From Octopus sinensis (lineage: Eukaryota): DNA of 64,000 nt. Below are positions 13,917-26,425 of this stretch, piece after piece. Location: the NCBI RefSeq assembly GCF_006345805.1, contig NC_043008.1:61628001-61692000 (forward strand), written 5' to 3'. Below the pieces are notes generated by a model. The model was not told the origin of the DNA. It ran no database searches and saw only the letters and a program-made list of their open reading frames with translations. The translations under genes and the position numbers were made by a program. The number at the start of each line of letters is the position of its first letter. Position 1 is the stretch's first letter.

Positions 13917-15344
13917 TTATATTTGATTTTGTCCGTCACTACTCTTGATCAGAATACCTGTATATACCCTTAACATTAAAAGACGAATTGTTGAACTGAA
14001 TTCCAACTTTTTTTGGTTCGTTTACAGGAAATGGTTTTGAGATAACCCTGCATTATTCTCAAGACACCCGCGGGGAATGGTACAAGTTAATATACAAAAC
14101 ATTGCTCTAGTTTAAGTTTAGAACGAGCAGTTGTTCAGAAGCCAATTTTGTAAAAATGGTCACGGCAAATTAAAGTCTACTTATTCCTGGTGCCATAAAC
14201 CCTGTGGCATCTAGAAACATTTTAGAACTATAAATTTTTTTTATTATTTTCAAACGTCTGCTACTTATACGGCAGTAACATACTCGGTTCTAGAATCGTA
14301 CACTCAAAGATTAGTCCGATAATCTGAAAAGAATCGCCCATTATTTCTGTGTATATTGTAATATTATTCTCAAAATGTTTCCATGCGTTATAAAAGTACA
14401 TTTATAAAAGAAATTCAAATGAATATCATTATCCATTTTTCCTCCATTTCCTCAACCGTGTTTTTAGCTCACATATACTTCAGTAACTTTATGTTATTTT
14501 ATTAATGCCTATTTTTATCTGTGCTTCTATGTGCGTCGTATTAATGATCTGTGTGATTTTTTCCCATGTGTAATATATGCTTACTGTTCTTATGTTTGCT
14601 ATTTGTGTTTAGTAACAGCCACTGTCATATTTTTCACTGTAATCCCTATTGTTGCAGACACTATCTACGACTCCGTTACAATTACTTGTTTTGCTGTTAA
14701 TTATATAAAACATTTTCATGTAAGAATTGCTGCCATCGCTGCTGTAAATCCTAATATTCTTACAGTTATTTGGGATAATTTCGCAATACTCAAGATAACA
14801 AAATTTCCTTTATTCTTCTGCAAAAAGATAGTTTCGTGCACGCACACTCATACACGCACATATAAATACGCATATATACATGCAATGTTAAGGTAACTAT
14901 TTCGATATAAACCTGAAAATATTAATACCTTTAATATGAGCTAAAACGACTCCCTGCAAATGGGGATATAGTAATAAATATTCTGCTTGTTGTGTTAATA
15001 TCATAGCAATAAAATAGAGAAAAATATGAACCTTAGCTAAAACAACCTTATGAAAGGCAAAGATATCTTCAATATATTTTGGTATTTAATTATGGCGCTG
15101 TATCAGCTGAATTCAAATTTCATGCTATGCAACTTGCTTCTCATGCTTCCAGGGCAGATAAAATTCAGTATTATCCAATTCATCCACTTTAGGCATTCCG
15201 TGAATTTAAGTTCTCAAACAAATTAATGTTGGTAATAATTTCCGATTATATGTGGTTTCTTCTTCAATCATCTCAGCCTTGTGTACCTTGAATTTACAGA
15301 CATGTGCAAATATTAGTTTAAAATTTTGTAACAAGGACAGCAAG

Positions 15345-15514
15345 TTCGAAGAAGAGGGAAATTTGGTTGATTACATCGACCCCAGTACTGCACTGTCATT
15401 TGCTTTATTAACGTCGAAATTAATAAAGGCAAAGTCGACCTGAGGTGGAATTTGAACACGGATGTATTGCCGCTAACCATTTTGCCCGACTAACGGTTTT
15501 GCCAGTTCAGTACC
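15345..15514 (-). mobile_element. SINE family A (degraded)
   Basis: GATTACATCGACCCCAGT and AAAGGCAAAGTCGACCT..GGAATTTGAAC are reverse complements of the family A core. Confidence 0.7.
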
Positions 15515-15694
15515 TTCTAACAAGGAATAATATTAAATAAAGGGTTATCCATCTATCATAATCCACACAATCTCACCCCAGCACACGTGAGGCACACACA
15601 AACATACACCCCGCCCCACAAACTTATATTTATAATGAGGAAATAAATATCACCAGAGTTCTATATAATTAGTTCCCAAATACGTTTTTACCAT

Positions 15695-16964
15695 TATGGT
15701 TGTTTGGAAACCGTCATTGGATGCTCCAATTGCGTATGGAAAATAAGGAGAATCTGGAAAAAGTGGATTCCTGCCACATGAGAAGAAGGGGTGCAAGCGA
15801 AAGTGAAGAGGTACTAAGGATCAATTCCTGGTGGATAAAAATACTTAGAGATTGCAAGAGGAAGAAAACTAACTTTGGCATATCATGGATAGGCTATCGT
15901 AAGGCATACGATACGATCCCACATTCTTGGATTATGGAATGTATGAACCTATTTGGTATTGCATCGAATATTGAACGATTGCTTGGAAATAGTATGGTGA
16001 AGTGGAGGAGTGGAGGAGGGAACTAACAGCATATGGAAGAAGTTTAGAGACAATAGAAATCAGGGGAGTCAGCTTCCGAGGAGTCTGCCTGTCACCACTG
16101 ATCTTTGTACTGTGCATGATACCACTAACACTGATTCTGAGGAAAGCAAAGACTGGGTATGTATTCAAGAGCCGCCAACAAAAAGTCAACCATTTGTTAT
16201 ATATGGAAGACCCCAAAATTTATGGTAAAGAAGAATCCCAAGGCAGTTCACTCGTTCATATGGTGTTTACATTCAGTGCTGATATCAGAATGGAGTTCGG
16301 ACTGAAGAAGTGTGGTGTGTTAATCTTGAAGAGAGGTAAAGTCAGATGTATGGATGGGATAGAGATATGGTCGGGGTAGGTTATGAAGCGGATTGAAGAG
16401 ACGGGCTATAAGTACTTGGGGAGAAAGAAATGACTTAAAAATTTAAGGGGGAGTACTTGCGCAGACTGAGACTGATTCCTTAGTCGAAATCAAACGGACG
16501 GAATGAGGTTGAAGCTATCAACATCTGGGCAGTTTCACTCCTTAGATATGGAGTAGGGATAATCGCATGGACTGAAGACGAAGGTAACAACTTAGAGAGA
16601 TAGACAAAGAAATTGCTGACTTTATATGAGATACTCCACCCACAGTGTGACACAGACAGACTGTATGAAGCAAGAAAATTCAAAGGGAAGAATACTGATT
16701 GGATGCGAACACAGCATTAGAAGAGAAGAAAATAACATAGCATGGTAAGGAAAAATTGTAAAAATGATGAAGTCCTATACAAGGACTTGAGAATGAATAA
16801 AACTGAAACTAGGAGGATAAACAAAAAAGCTTCATGGACAATTTTATAGGGATGATGAAGGCAAGACAGTTAAAGAAAACAGATGAGTGTGGCTGACTGA
16901 AAGTGATTTAAAACCAGAAACGGAGGTTCAAATTTTTGCTACCCAAGACCAAGCATTATGAACC
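15695..16964 (+). pseudogene. R4/Dong-like (RLE-type) non-LTR retrotransposon RT fragment
   Basis: Peptides SWIGYRKAYDTIPHSWIMEC, LSPLIFVLCMIPL, VNHLLYMED, DIRMEFGLKKC, YKYLG, AINIWAVS..RY, HPQCDTDRLY and WLTESDLKPETE..QDQAL across frameshifts. Confidence 0.8.
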
Positions 16965-17255
16965 ATGAGCAAGGATAAAGAACCAAATATTAAACAACAT
17001 TTAGCTTCACACAAAATAAAAAATCCTAAAACAGGTCAGTTCATCTCAAATTCTTTGTAAACTCTTAAATGTATCTCATTCTGTGTATATATATAGTACC
17101 AAATATGACTTTGTTTTAACTAATACGTTTCTTTATTTCTTTAATTTATTTTATCGCATTTTAATTTATTTTATAATTTATTTTATCGCATTTTGACTAT
17201 GGTTAATTTATTTTAATTTATTTTATTTTATTTATTTTATATATATATATATATA

Positions 17256-17509
17256 TAAGTAATACTAAGCAATAAAGGGTTTAGCAACGAATTGCCTTAC
17301 CACATACCGAATTTAGAAATAGCAGTCAAAGAGTTATAGCTATTTCTTCTACTAAAAAGGGAGATCTCAGTAAAAACAGCAATTGCTGTTTTTACTGAGA
17401 TCTCCCTTTTTAGTAGAAGAAATAGCTATAACTCTTTGACTGCTATTTCTAAATTCGGTATGTGGTAAGGCAATTCGTTGCTAAACCCTTTATTGCTTAG
17501 TATTACTTA
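17256..17509. repeat. Perfect 254-bp palindrome (no spacer)
   Basis: 17256-17382 is the exact reverse complement of 17383-17509; the centre is CAGCAA|TTGCTG. Confidence 0.95.
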
Positions 17510-17599
17510 AATTTTCCTCGAATGAGGCTTTTACATGCCGAAGACTACTTGGTGTAATTGATAATTATTCCAAATTAATTAATTTCACCCTTCATTATT

Positions 17600-17671
<72 letters not shown>

Positions 17672-17982
17672 AATATATATATATAGGTAGATAGATACTT
17701 CCAAACAAACATGATTTTTAATGAAATCCTAATATTTTTTATTGAACTTTTGTTTAAAATTTTCTCAAGATATTTCCTTGTAAACTGTTTTCGAATCTAT
17801 ACATGTATTATAATATTTTGTGACAACCAGTACTTAAGACAACAAAGCTTTACATTTTACTTTTGACAATCTTTTTCTAAAAAAGTGAAACCACTCAAGT
17901 GAATAAACACCTTTAAAATTGCATTTTCAAACCTTCTTTCAAAAATATATCCACTCGTGCGATACCTTACAACTTCACTTTG

Positions 17983-18086
<104 letters not shown>

Positions 18087-18144
18087 ATATGTTTGGATTT
18101 GGTTTGCAAGATTCTTTATATGAGTTCGTCTGTTGAAGCATATT

Positions 18145-18355
18145 CTGTTGTGTCTGGGGAGAGTCATTTCCTTTTTGTGCCTTATAATTTAACACACTCA
18201 ACCTATGGGATTTTAGGAGTCAAGACTATTGAAATGACTGCAAGACGCAACGAAAATTTTAGGAAAATAAAAATAAGAAATTAGTGAAAATTTCTGGCGG
18301 TGGGTGTGTTAAATTATAAGGCACAAAAGAAAATGACTCTCCCCAGACACAACAG
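18145..18355. mobile_element. MITE with ~53-bp terminal inverted repeats
   Basis: CTGTTGTGTCTGGGGAGAGTCATTT..GTGCCTTATAATTTAACACAC (18145-18197) is mirrored at 18304-18355; the right end is followed by TA. Confidence 0.8.
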
Positions 18356-18388
<33 letters not shown>

Positions 18389-18696
18389 GGCGGGCAATTT
18401 AACTGGCCGTGTGCATACGTACATATGTATGTATGGACGTTCGTATATGTAAGTATATCGGTTGTTCTGCATATATATATCTGTATTTATGTACTCTTGA
18501 TATATTCAACCGATGACGGTAAAGCTTATTTAAAGCAAAACCAGAAATCCTGGTTCTTGAATTATTCAATAACTTTTGCTTGTCTATTTTGTCCCTCTGT
18601 CTTATCTCATGGTACGATGTGAACATTTAACGTGGTTTTTATAGTCAGAGTTTCGACTGCTATTTCGGCATGGTGGTGTCTCTCAGACACCCTCAT

Positions 18697-18768
<72 letters not shown>

Positions 18769-18814
18769 ATATATATATATATATAGATATATATATATAT
18801 ATATATATATATAT

Positions 18815-18912
18815 GACGGGCTTGTAGGAGAAGACAATTGGCCAAGCTGCCACGCAGTGAGACTGAGGTCGGAACCATGTTGTTGCGAAGAAAGCTTCTT
18901 AGTACACAGTCA
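18815..18912 (-). mobile_element. SINE family B head fragment
   Basis: AGAAGACA..CCAAG.TGCCACGCAGTG.GACTGA..CGGAACCATGT.GTTG matches the reverse complement of the 54256 copy. Confidence 0.6.
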
Positions 18913-19094
18913 TACCGGCAACAACAATTTATGTGGTATGTTAATATTTTTGACTTGGACAATACTGTTCCTCTTTATGGTGAAAGATTACTGCACTAGT
19001 AATATGTTGCGGATCGTTTAATAAACAAAATCCCTGCAATATTTTATATCCAAATCTTACGTCTACCACTTGTTAGGAATCAATACTACCACTT

Positions 19095-19241
19095 TCTACT
19101 GCTGCTTCTGCTGCTACTACTACTACTACTAGAAGAAGAAGATGAAGAAGAAGAAGAAGAAGAAGAAGGACAGTAGAGGAAGAAGATGAAGTAGATGGAG
19201 AGGAATGATAATAATAATGATAATAATACTAATACTAATAC

Positions 19242-19282
<41 letters not shown>

Positions 19283-19470
19283 GTAATAATAATGGGGAGC
19301 AGAAGAGGGAGAAGAAGAAGAAGAAGAAGAAGAAGAAGAAGAAGAAGAAGAAGAAGAAAAAAGCAGAAGAAAAAGAAGAAGGAGAAGAAGAAGAAGAAGA
19401 AGAAGAAGAAGGAGAAGGAGAAGGAGAAGAAGAAGAAGAAGGACAACAACAACAACAACAACAAATACTA
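19095..19470. repeat. Compound trinucleotide array (CTA/GAA/AAT/GAA/GGA/CAA)
   Basis: Directly visible; it explains the poly-S/E/K/N/L ORFs in the track. Confidence 0.95.
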
Positions 19471-19765
19471 CCGCGACTACTATTACGCACTGTCTGAATG
19501 CTATTTTTTGTCCATTAATCTATAACGCTGTCTCTTCCTCGAGGTAGCATACAGTGCGTATGTACATAAGTTTTCTCTGTAGTGCAACTGTACGGACGCA
19601 CACACTTACACACACACGCACACACACACACGCATACGGGGACACACACACACACACACACGTACGCACTCACACACGCATATTTATATATAGAGAAAGA
19701 GAAAGAGAGAGCGGGCGTGAGAAAGACAGGCACAAACACACGCATATATATATATGTATACATAC

Positions 19766-19820
<55 letters not shown>

Positions 19821-20832
19821 TACATATATATATACACACCTATATGTGTACATATTTACTGTCAGTATATGCAACGGGCCTATATATATAATCATTGTAT
19901 ATGTTCCGAGTGTATACATGCGTACTGTACATGCTACGCGACTATATATGATTGTGTAGGAGTGTTTCAAGTGTATTGAGAAAGAATCTGCGGGCATTTG
20001 TGCAGATAATAGAACATAATGCACTGCTTCTTAGTGCACTGTCTGATCAGCAAATGTCAGCACAAAAGAAAAAGAAAATGTAATATACTTTCATGATGAT
20101 ACTTTCTTAGAATAGCATCAACTTTCTGGTTTTTAGTTGCTGTTGGCAACTAGAAAAAGAAAGTCAAGTCAAATAAAATGGAAGACTAGAAAAGAATTTG
20201 AAACTGTAACCATACAGTAATATAAAGCTGTAACAATAAACAATAAAATGTAGTAAATGGCTTCACCATAATTCCGAAGTGTTCGCTATTTTATTTAGAA
20301 TCTGTAAATCTATATTGGCAGAAAATATTATAAATTCATGAAAAGTATGACATATTTAACAAGATAAATTTACATTTATCACACGATATTTTATCAGATT
20401 CTTTTCATGTTTGATCGAATGCTAGAAGTAGTGACCAACGCTTCTTACAAAAAGCTGACGCATTGGATGACGTGACAGACGTTGTTGGCACATATATTTT
20501 GTAAATACGAGACGATCACGAGCGGGATGTTTTTAATTAGATCTAAGAACTATCTATATATATATATATATATATATATATAACTATACACACATTACGA
20601 AAGAGGAGAAGGTACAATTCTGGATACATATGTTTCATATCTAGCAGATCTTTTGATGTGATAACGAGTATATATATATATATATATATAATATTAGGGA
20701 GTATGACTCCAAACTTACAAAGGGAAAATTAGATTTAGCATTAAATCATATTTATTTATGTATTGGTTTATGTCTATCACTGTTTAGTTGCCTAATAGTG
20801 GTTTTATCCCTAACTTATATTATATATATATA

Positions 20833-21261
20833 CAGTAATTGATCGCCATATCGCACTCAGAATATCACAGATTTTGGGGGCTAATATGTGTAAATTCATA
20901 TCAGGAACTCCTCAGAATATCGCGGGTTTCTTCGGGCCGAAAGGTATTTAATGTTTTAGATTTTCATTATTTCTATGCCATTTTCACGCCTGAAAATTAG
21001 TAAATTAATAAATAAATAAAGATGGAGTACAGTACTGTAATTTTTAACACATGAATTAAAACATATTAAAACAATTCGTAGTGTACCGTAGATGAGTAAA
21101 CAGAGCGTCGTATATAGTGTATGAAAAAGGAAAGCGAGTGCGTGGTATATGCAAATTATAAAAATAATTAAAAATATATACAGTACAGCAGTGTTTCTAC
21201 TTCGAAGACTTTCGCCTATCGCGTGGAACGTAACACCCGCGATAGTCGGGGGATTACTCCG
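20833..21261. mobile_element. Tigger/pogo-like MITE
   Basis: Left end TA|CAGTAATTGATCGCCATATCGC; the right end reverse complement reads (C)GGAGTAATCCCCCGACTATCGCGGGTGTTACGTTCC, a Tigger-type TIR. No coding capacity. Confidence 0.6.
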
Positions 21262-21315
21262 TGTGTGTGTGAGCGTATACATACATACATACATACATAT
21301 ATAATACATACATAC

Positions 21316-21357
<42 letters not shown>

Positions 21358-21358
21358 C

Positions 21359-21658
21359 ATTTACTGTAAAAATCAAATCGTGTTTTTCCTTGTCAAATAA
21401 CAGTCTAGTCGAAAGGTTAGTGCTTCTTCCTTTTGAAAATGTAGCTATATTCAGAAGATTTCCCCATTATGTACCGTTATGGGTTTTTATACCCCCAAAC
21501 AGCGAATACCTCAATAAATATTGCTCCGATTTACTTGTTTTATTCCATTCGTATCAAAAATTCAGGGGAACTTATTTCATAGCAATTTTCCATTAAGTGC
21601 CAGTTTGGCTGCGTAACATTGCAAGCAAGATTTAACTTCACTTTTATTAGTATATAGA
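21359..21658 (-). mobile_element. Helitron 5' segment (duplicate of the 5' end of the adjacent copy)
   Basis: ~300 bp nearly identical to 22368-22667. The minus-strand start is A|TCTATATACTAATAAAAG; the copy is truncated at a (TA)n tract. Confidence 0.7.
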
Positions 21659-21739
21659 TATATACATGTATATATATGTATATATACGTATCTCCCTCTC
21701 TCTCTCTCTCTCTTTCTATATATATATATATAATATATA

Positions 21740-21770
<31 letters not shown>

Positions 21771-22667
21771 CTAGACTACACGCAAGCTGTTGGGTCACCG
21801 GGAAAGTCTGAGTTTCCCAGCAACGGTGTTTCGTTTCGTGGGTTTTTCTTTTCAAGGTTATTTTGCATGCTTTCAGCGAATGTAACATCGAAATCACTCG
21901 TGAACGGCTCCTTTCCCCAGAAAAAGAGATATTTGGCTTCTATTTATTGCACACCTTACAAAAATGTAATGGGCATTTCGGGTCCTTTATCGCAAATAAC
22001 TTTTACGTGGTAGCAGTGTGTGCCAGAAATAGAAACCAAATCTTTGTAGATGAGATATGTTGAATGCACTAGCAAAAATCTTATCCAAAAACAATATTTT
22101 ACATCATGGTTCCGAACGGGTCTTTTACAAAATATTTACCGTATTTTAAATTCATTTTCACTTTAAAATATCTTTTAGATACGCCCAAAATTTTTTTGTA
22201 AGGGTATTCACATGAAGATACATTTAAAATCATTAAAATATCTGTTTAAAGAAAGCTAAAATATAAATAATTACTGTACAAACAATTTACATTTTTGAAA
22301 TCATATTCACTTGAAAATATTTCTAAATCTTGAAAATATTGCATTTAACAAAAGCGAAACTAGAAATATTTACTGTAAAAACCAAATCTTGTTTTTCCTT
22401 GTCAAATAACAGTCTAGTCGAAAGGTTAGTGTTTCTTCCTTTTGAAAATGTAGCTATATTCAGAAGATTTCCCCATTATGTACCGTTATGGGTTTTTATA
22501 CCCCCAAACAGCGAATACCTCAATAAATATTGCTCCGATTTACTTGTATTATTCCATTCGTATCAAAAATTCAGGGGATCTTATTTCATAGCAATTTTCC
22601 ATTAAGTGCCAGTTTGGCTGCGTAACATTGCAAGCAAGTTTTAACTTCACTTTTATTAGTATATAGA
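21771..22667 (-). mobile_element. Non-autonomous Helitron, complete
   Basis: Minus-strand 5' end A|TCTATATACTAATAAAAG (22667); subterminal hairpin GGGAAA-7nt-TTTCCC (21800-21818); 3' end CTAG|T (21771-21774). Confidence 0.75.
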
Positions 22668-22699
22668 TATATTTATGTATATATATATGTATATATACG

Positions 22700-22774
<75 letters not shown>

Positions 22775-22787
<13 letters not shown>

Positions 22788-23090
22788 AATCAGTTGTCTG
22801 TCAGTGTGTGTCTTCTAGGATCTCGGGTATCCTCCATCCGATTGCGCTCAAATTAGATATGTAGATACCGACGGTCTTGAAAAAATTACAAAGATCGATT
22901 ACAGGTGAGAATGCGTTCGATAAAGCCGTGGGAACGTGCATTTGTACGCGCAAGTACATTAGCTGTTGCAATCGATATTACGCGTACCCAAAGAAAATGC
23001 ACGTGCAGTTTGCGCAAAATAAAGCCGGCTGGCTAGAAATAATGCCACAAAATGCAGTTTACATGTTTGACAAGAGGGCGTTTTGCTCGT
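22775..23090 (+). mobile_element. Probable Helitron 5' fragment
   Basis: TC(TA)n-ATAAAATCAGTTGTCTGTC..CCGATTGCGCTCAAATT resembles the 5' architecture of the Helitron at 6491; no 3' end found. Confidence 0.4.
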
Positions 23091-23439
23091 ATATATATAT
23101 ATATATATATAGGTTTTTATTATTATTATCAGAGAGGACGAAGATTGAGATCCGATTGCAATAGATAAATTATTGGTTAAACGATATTTTGTCCATGTCG
23201 ATAGCTTGTCCATGTCGAGTTCAACTTAAAAAGTAATGAAAATTCCAAATTATATAAATTCGAAACTTAGATATGAACGAGAGCAACCAACATTCATAAG
23301 TTGATGAAAAGCCATCGTCAGTGTTTACGTTTCAATTTTATAACTGACGAAAAGAAAAAAAACTGATAAAAAAGAGAGAAAAGAAAGGAAAGAATAAAGA
23401 AATGAAAAAAAGAATATTTAATCAAATTGTTGAGTGTAA

Positions 23440-25240
23440 ATTTGATAATATTCTGCTCTCATTTTATTCATTCTTCCAGGGCGTGATGTTAATAACCTGC
23501 AAATATAATTCTGAGCATATGCACTTTTCTGAGAATATGCACTTTCAAGTCTTTTCCAAAATTGAAGCATTTTGAAGCTAAATGTTCGGCAAGTTCTGTC
23601 GAACTACTGTTACTGTGCCTGACGCCATATCTTTGCCCGTTAAATCTTTTGTTTAATTTTTGTGTATTACAACCAACATAAATCAAGTTGTTTTTCGTGC
23701 ATTCTGCCGCGTACACCAAATGGAAATCTCTACATGTCCCACCTTCTCTATAAATCATAACATTTGTGTTATGATTCCTAAAGCATGTGGTTGCACAATG
23801 AACAGGGCTTACCTCTCTTGCAGCTGTTTTTCAAGGTACAGTATGCAGAAACTCCAACGTTAGTCTACTTGGAGTCTGAAATAGAGGTGAAAAGTTCTTA
23901 TATTTTTATTCCGTCTAAAGGCTACAATAGTCGGCTGAATAAATATCTGTTTGAAACGAATATATTATTTCGTAGCACGCTGGTAACTTTCGTGCAACAC
24001 TTTTGAAATGCCAGCGAAATTTCGGTGCTAGTTAATCACTAAAGGAATTTTGTCACATACTTTATTGTGTTTGATAAAATTCTGCGTGAAGGGCTGACTT
24101 TCTTTACTAATTATCTCATTTGCTATTTCTTTTAATCGTGATTCACTGTAACTGCGTTTAACATAAAGGGCTACAAAATCATTTATATGTTTCCGGTATT
24201 CCCTGTCAGAAAAAAATCCATTTTATCCTCAAAAGGATTCCAGATTTGACCGAATTATATGATGTGGATGACGGGAGCGGCGGTGGAGGTAAATGTGCAT
24301 GACAACTGTCACTATTTTGCCTTCAGAAAACTCATTTGTCTGTACAAAAGTTCAACGCTAGCTTTTGAAAACCAAGACGTAAATTTTGTGTTGGATTTTA
24401 GGCCGTAGTTTTTAGCATATCAGTGACACAAATCTAAGAAATCAATTAAAGTATCCTGTTATCCTTCCCAGAGAAAAGACGTCATCAATGAACCGTAACG
24501 AGAGTAGTGGTTCATGACCTGTAGGGATTTGTATGTCATCAGTAACTGTGGCACGAACTTCGTCTGAAGATAATAGCGAAATTCACTACCATGGTGGTAC
24601 CCATGGCGCAACTTCTCGTGTGGTGGTAAAATTTGTGTCCAAATTTCATTGTTTTACAAAATATAACACAATAACATACAGAGAAAAGTTATTGGAATAC
24701 TTTTGCTTGACAGATGTCCAAAGACATTCATGCTTGCTTCTACCCCTTCTTCGTCGTGGTCAATATTGCGATATAAGGAAGAAAACATCCATGGTTATCA
24801 AAAACTTGCTTTCTACATGGCTTCGGTGCTTAACGAATTTGTTGATTTCAGATACAAAATCAGGTGTATCGCGAATATAGGAACTTCAGCTATTTCGAAA
24901 TCTTGGCCGTAAGTATCCGCAGCAAATTGATTGTATTGGAGAAAATATTTAGAACTTTTTGTGTATTTTAAGGAGACCATAAAATAGAGGTGTTCTTTTT
25001 TCCTGACCGTAAAGTCCTAGATTCGGCCTTATTAATGAAATTGCTTCCCTCCGTTTCCAGAGTTATTTTGTCAAGTTCCTCTCAGTAATTGGGGTTTGGA
25101 TCGGCAGGTAATTCTTAAGTTGAAGTTTTGTCACTGTTCCACTCTGTAATTGGGGTTGGAATCGACAGGTAATTCTTCATATGAAATTTTGATTGTTGAG
25201 AGTAATTCATTTAACATAATGGAGGCAATTATCGAACTCT
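23440..25240 (-). pseudogene. Degenerate Penelope-like element (RT + GIY-YIG)
   Basis: Minus-strand YEELPVDSNP (~25180), AMGTTMVVNFAIIF (~24566-24607), LRFIDD (24481-24498), and LVYAAECTKNNLIYVGCNTQKLNKRFNG (GIY-YIG, ORF 23489-23758). Confidence 0.8.
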
Positions 25241-25254
25241 ATTTCTTTCTGTAC

Positions 25255-25604
25255 GAGTTGCCAATCCTGTCCAAACGGTCCCTGAATGAAGGTTGTTTAT
25301 CGATGTTGAACGAAATAAACATGTTTCAAGTGATGAATTATTCAAATCCCCACCAAAATTATTCTCAGCACATGGCTATGACGCTTTCCCATTGTTTCTG
25401 CTCGTGATCAGAGCTGCACATGTCATCAGCCACTAAGGGACATATTCAACTGGTTAAAATCAAACAACTGACAAGCAAATCTGTGATATTGAGCAGAATA
25501 TTTGTGTAACTCATCTTTTATACCAAGGCAAAACATGTACATAATAACAGTTCCAATACGTTAAGAAGAGAAGCCATGAGAGCCAGTGCCTGGTACTGCA
25601 TCAG
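25255..25604 (-). mobile_element. AAT-associated element family D, copy 2
   Basis: Reverse complement of the 10582 copy; its 5' end abuts (TAT)n at 25605-25636. Confidence 0.75.
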
Positions 25605-25635
25605 TTATTATTATTATCATTATTATTATTATTAT

Positions 25636-26080
25636 TGAGGAAGAGAGCAGTGCATGCCATCAAAATGACTCTGGGGCAAAATATACGAAACCCAGTATAC
25701 ACATCATGACTAGCCGCTTGATAAGGGTACACTAGGCACATGTACCACAACCATATGTGCGCGACATGGTGATTTCATATCAAGATAAACAGCACATAAC
25801 CTTGCAGGTGGGGCCCAGTTAAATTTACTTCTGGTCGAGTAACCCATCCCGCTCAAAAGGTCCCTGAATAAGGGTTGTTTAAGGATGTTGAACGAAGCAC
25901 CCATGTTTCCAGAGGTGAATTATTCAAACCCCCCCAAATCCTACTCAACACATGGCTATTATGCTCCCCCAATACTTCTGCTCCTGATAAGAGATGCACA
26001 TATCGTCAGCCACGAAGAGACATGCTCAACTGGTTAAGGTCAAACAACTGACAAGCAAATCTGTGGTATTAACTTCCAAT
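25636..26080 (-). mobile_element. AAT-associated element family D, copy 3 (includes the 3' end)
   Basis: Overlaps copy 2 in sequence and is bounded on both sides by (TAT)n arrays. Confidence 0.75.
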
Positions 26081-26081
26081 C

Positions 26082-26159
26082 TATTATTATTATTATTATT
26101 ATTATTATATTATTATTATATTATTATTATCATTATCATCATCATCATCATCATCATCA

Positions 26160-26199
<40 letters not shown>

Positions 26200-26425
26200 C
26201 ATTATTATTATTATTATTATCATTTTTATCATCATCATCATCATCATCATCATTATTATTGTTATTATTATTATTATTATTATTATCCTTATTATTATTA
26301 TTATTAATATTTTTATTATTATTGTTATTATATTTATAATTATAATTATTATGATTATTATTATTATTATTCTTCTTCTTATTATCATCATTATTATTAT
26401 TATTATTATTATTATCATTATTAAC
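26082..26425. repeat. Long (TAT/CAT)n compound microsatellite
   Basis: Directly visible. Confidence 0.95.

Noticed and set aside
19086-19525. Poly-S/E/K/N/L/I ORFs, and similar YI/TH/CV-repeat ORFs throughout the track
   Set aside because: Translations of microsatellites lacking stop codons; no coding signal.
23290-23350. CTGACGA motifs next to the old PLE 3' end
   Set aside because: They form a small inverted repeat, but no stem II followed by GAAA could be built on either strand.
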